DNA of 64,000 nt, taken from NCBI GenBank assembly GCA_965223155.1, contig CBDCVR010000014.1:544001-608000 (forward strand). Direction: 5' to 3'. The notes beneath the pieces were generated by a model, which saw only the letters and a list, made by a program, of their open reading frames with translations, ran no database searches and was not told where the DNA came from. Source of the DNA: Candidatus Multivoradales bacterium (lineage in GTDB: Bacteria > Acidobacteriota > Thermoanaerobaculia > Multivoradales > JAHEKO01). The position numbers and the translations under genes are program-made. Shown here piece by piece: positions 60,981 to 64,000 of this stretch. Each line of letters opens with the position of its first letter. Position 1 is the stretch's first letter.

Positions 60981-61676
60981 ATGACACCCGAGGCCCAGAC
61001 GTCCCCAAACACCCAGCTCGAGCCGACCTCCTCGGAGGCGGACACCAAGACCAGTCTGCTCGACGCCGCAGAGAAGCTCTTCGCCGCCTTAGGGGTCGAG
61101 CGGGCCTCGCTTCGAGCGATCACGCAAGAGGCCGGCGCCAACCTCGCGGCCGTGCACTATCACTTTGGCTCCAAGGAAGGGCTTGTGCGCGAAGTCTTTG
61201 CCCGCCGGCTGGCGCCTCTCAACCGTGACCGGCTCGAGATGTTGGACGAGGTCGAGCGCCGCTACCCGGTCACACCGCCGCTGCGCGAGGTCCTGACCGC
61301 CTTTCTGGAACCGGCGCTGCGCATGATCCAGCGCGAGCGCGGCGGCCATGAGTTCGCCCGCTTTGTCTGCCGTACGTTTTCCGAAGCGGACGACGCCAAT
61401 CGGACGCTCGTCCTGGAACAGTTTCGCGAGGTCGCCGCGCGCTTTCACAAGGCCCTCGGGGCGGCACTGCCCGAGCTGCCCGCCGCCGACCTCTTCTGGC
61501 GCTTCCACTTCATGGTCGGCTCGATGGTCCACACCGCCGGCTTGGGCTATCTGGTCCATCACACGTCGGACGGCTTGTGCGATCCCATGGACGTTGACGG
61601 CGCGGTTCAGCGCCTGACCGACTTCCTGGAAGGCGGTTTTTCGAGCCCGTCCTCGGTTCCCGGAGAGCCCCAATGA
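60981..61676 (+). CDS. TetR/AcrR-family regulator
   Basis: LLDAAEKLFA...AGANLAAVHYHFGSKEGL HTH. Confidence 0.95.
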   Translation: MTPEAQTSPNTQLEPTSSEADTKTSLLDAAEKLFAALGVERASLRAITQEAGANLAAVHYHFGSKEGLVREVFARRLAPLNRDRLEMLDEVERRYPVTPPLREVLTAFLEPALRMIQRERGGHEFARFVCRTFSEADDANRTLVLEQFREVAARFHKALGAALPELPAADLFWRFHFMVGSMVHTAGLGYLVHHTSDGLCDPMDVDGAVQRLTDFLEGGFSSPSSVPGEPQ

Positions 61677-63259
61677 CGGACCACCATGCCCGAGTCCTGC
61701 GAGGGCCCTCCTTCCTGGGAACGGCGCTCGGCGTCCTCCTCGCGGCCGCCGCCCTTACCGGCTGTGTTGCCGCCGCCGGCCCAGCAATCGAGACCTCGGT
61801 CGAGATCCCGGAGAGCTGGCCGCACCAGGCCGGCACGCCAGAAACCACCGAAACCGCCGAACCCATGGCCGCGACGGCGGACGATCCCTCCGGAAGCCCT
61901 GCACCCGAAATCCGCTCTTGGTGGTCGCGCTTCGAGGACGAATCCCTGGATCAAGTGATCCGGGGCACGCTCCACGCGAACCGCGACCTCGACGCCGCAG
62001 TCGCCCGGCTCGATGCCTCGCTCGCCCAGGCCCGTATGGCGGGCGCCGACTTGAAGCCTCAGATCGGTGCTTCGCTCGATGGCGCCCGGCGCCGACAGAA
62101 CTTCATCGGCTTGCCGATCCCGGGCGCCGAAGACTCGGTGCTGACCAACACTTCCACCACCCTTGCAGCGTCCCTCAACCTGACCTGGGAGGCCGACCTT
62201 TGGGGCCGGCTCGGAAGCCGCAAGAAGGCCGCGATCGAGCGCGCCCAGGCCGCAGCCGACGACCTCGAAGCCCTCGAGCTGTCGCTTTCGGGGCAGGCCG
62301 CCAAGGCCTGGTTCGGCGCTGTCGAAGCCGCTTGGCAGCGCGACCTCGCCGTCACCACGCTCGACAACCGGGAGCGGGTTCGGACGCGCATCGAGAATCG
62401 GTATCAGGCTGGTCTCAAGCCCGCGCTGGAGCTGCGATTGGCCCTGGCCGACGAAGCCGCGGCTGCCGCCGCGGTCGCAGGCCGCGAACGCGGGCTCGAG
62501 CTCGCCACCCGGCGCCTGGCGATCCTCTCCGGCCGGGCGCCCGAAGTGCTGGCCGTCCTGGAGGATCTCGACCGAGATAACGCGGCGCTGCCCGCGCCGC
62601 CACCGCCCCCCCTACCCGAGCTGCCGGCGGCGGTCTTGGCAGCGCGGCCGGATCTCGCGGCCTCCGAGCGGCGCCTGACGGCGTCCGGTCTCGATGTCAC
62701 GGAGGCGCGGGCGGCGCTCTACCCCCAGATCCGGCTGACCGCTTCGGCGGGCCGCACCAGCACCGAACTCAAGGATCTGCTGGACAGCGACTTTTCGGTC
62801 TGGAGCCTGGCGGCGGGGCTGTTGCAGCCCGTGGTTCAAGGCGGCCGCCTGCGGGCCAATGTCGATCGAGCCCGGGCACTTCAGCGCCAGGCGCTGGCCG
62901 AGCACGAGGGCCTGGTGCTGCGGGCATTGAGCGAGATTCAGGGCGAGTTGAGCGCCGGACTCCTGTTGGCCGCCCAACACGAAGCCGTCTCCCGGTCGGT
63001 AGCCGCGGCCGAAGCCGCCCGCGAGCTAGCCGAGGACCGCTACTTCTCGGGCCTTGCCGCCTACCTGACGGTCCTGGACTCCCAACGAAGCGCCACCGCG
63101 GCCGCCAGCGAGCTCCTGGCGACCGAGCGGCGCCTCCTCGAGCAACGCGTCGACCTCTATCTGGCTCTCGGCGGCAGCGCCTACCGGCCACGACCGGAAC
63201 CGGTCCAGAGCGTTCGTCTCCCGGCCGGCGTCGCCCGCCCCATCGGAGTGTTCCAATGA
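61673..63259 (+). CDS. Outer-membrane efflux lipoprotein (NodT/OprM family)
   Basis: LTGC lipobox; WEADLWG, RPDL, YLALGG motifs. Confidence 0.93.
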   Translation: MTDHHARVLRGPSFLGTALGVLLAAAALTGCVAAAGPAIETSVEIPESWPHQAGTPETTETAEPMAATADDPSGSPAPEIRSWWSRFEDESLDQVIRGTLHANRDLDAAVARLDASLAQARMAGADLKPQIGASLDGARRRQNFIGLPIPGAEDSVLTNTSTTLAASLNLTWEADLWGRLGSRKKAAIERAQAAADDLEALELSLSGQAAKAWFGAVEAAWQRDLAVTTLDNRERVRTRIENRYQAGLKPALELRLALADEAAAAAAVAGRERGLELATRRLAILSGRAPEVLAVLEDLDRDNAALPAPPPPPLPELPAAVLAARPDLAASERRLTASGLDVTEARAALYPQIRLTASAGRTSTELKDLLDSDFSVWSLAAGLLQPVVQGGRLRANVDRARALQRQALAEHEGLVLRALSEIQGELSAGLLLAAQHEAVSRSVAAAEAARELAEDRYFSGLAAYLTVLDSQRSATAAASELLATERRLLEQRVDLYLALGGSAYRPRPEPVQSVRLPAGVARPIGVFQ

Positions 63260-64000
63260 CGAAGAAGCTGAAGATTCTGGCACCCGTTCTCGCTCTCGCC
63301 GGCGGGCTGCTGCTGGCGGCCCTCATCGTGCGGGCCAAACCGCCGGTCGAGCGCGTGGCGGCCGAGGTCGCGGCGCCGCTGGTGCGGGTCGTGAGCGTCG
63401 AGAGCGTAGACCTGCCGCTGGCGGTTACCGCTCAGGGCACCGTGGCTCCGGCCACCCGGACCGTGCTGGCCGCCCAGGTACCGGCCCGGGTGACGTGGGT
63501 CTCACCGCGCCTCGCCGAGGGCAGCTTCTTTCGCCGCGGCGAGCACCTGATGCGCTTGGATTCCGCCGATTTCGAGCTGGCCGTGACCCAGGCCGAAGCG
63601 CGCCTGGCGCGAGCGCAGCTCGGACTCGACCGTGAAGAGGCCGAGTCCCGCATGGCCCGCGAGGAGTGGACCGAGCTGGGTCGGGGCGAGCCCGACGCCC
63701 TAGTCTTGCGGGCCCCCCAACTGGCCGAGGCGCAAGCCGAGATCAAAGCCGCGCAGGCGGCCCTCGATCAAGCCCGGCTACAGCTCGCGCGGACAACCGC
63801 CCGGGCTCCCTTTGCCGGCCGCGTGGAACGCAAGCTGGCCGACGTCGGCCAATACGTCGCCCCCGGAACTCCGCTGGCCGAGGTCTTTGGCACGGACCGG
63901 GCCGAAATCGAGCTCAAGGTCTCCCAGGCGGACCTGCGCTTCCTGGACGTGCCGATCGGCAAGCCCGACGAGGACCAGGCAATCCCGGCGCTCTTGACCG
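63256..64000 (+). CDS. RND efflux periplasmic adaptor subunit (partial)
   Basis: ATGA overlap; N-terminal TM; AQGTVAP, LARTTARAPFAGRV motifs; open to the window edge. Confidence 0.9.
   Translation, partial: MTKKLKILAPVLALAGGLLLAALIVRAKPPVERVAAEVAAPLVRVVSVESVDLPLAVTAQGTVAPATRTVLAAQVPARVTWVSPRLAEGSFFRRGEHLMRLDSADFELAVTQAEARLARAQLGLDREEAESRMAREEWTELGRGEPDALVLRAPQLAEAQAEIKAAQAALDQARLQLARTTARAPFAGRVERKLADVGQYVAPGTPLAEVFGTDRAEIELKVSQADLRFLDVPIGKPDEDQAIPALLT

Overview
High-GC bacterial chromosome segment. The gene content (ECF sigma/zf-HC2 anti-sigma/CHAT module, Acidobacteria-type hypotheticals) suggests Acidobacteriota, but that is inference. The left part (about 5-34 kb) is a plastic accessory region. 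It holds a divergent ECF sigma + anti-sigma / TPR-CHAT caspase-like protease locus followed by a trypsin-like protease, an SGNH hydrolase and a patatin. It also holds three toxin-antitoxin pairs and one orphan antitoxin, a family of about 30-bp hairpin REP-like repeats, and an IS1111-type (IS110 family) element inserted precisely into one of those repeats. The bridge/seek RNA of that element can be read from the sequence, with guides matching the repeat. Also present are an IS256 with a 9-bp target duplication that splits a Cys-rich bacteriocin-like precursor gene, a secreted three-repeat (beta-trefoil-like) protein with a toxin-like C-terminus, and a possible histone-fold protein. The right part is mostly housekeeping (ligA, M24 peptidase, DtxR/CDF, AMP nucleosidase, TetR-RND efflux). 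It includes a MamK-like actin apparently co-transcribed with a membrane-anchored peptidoglycan amidase, with no other magnetosome genes in the window. No rRNA, tRNA or CRISPR array was seen. All family assignments come from motifs recognised by eye; no database search was run.
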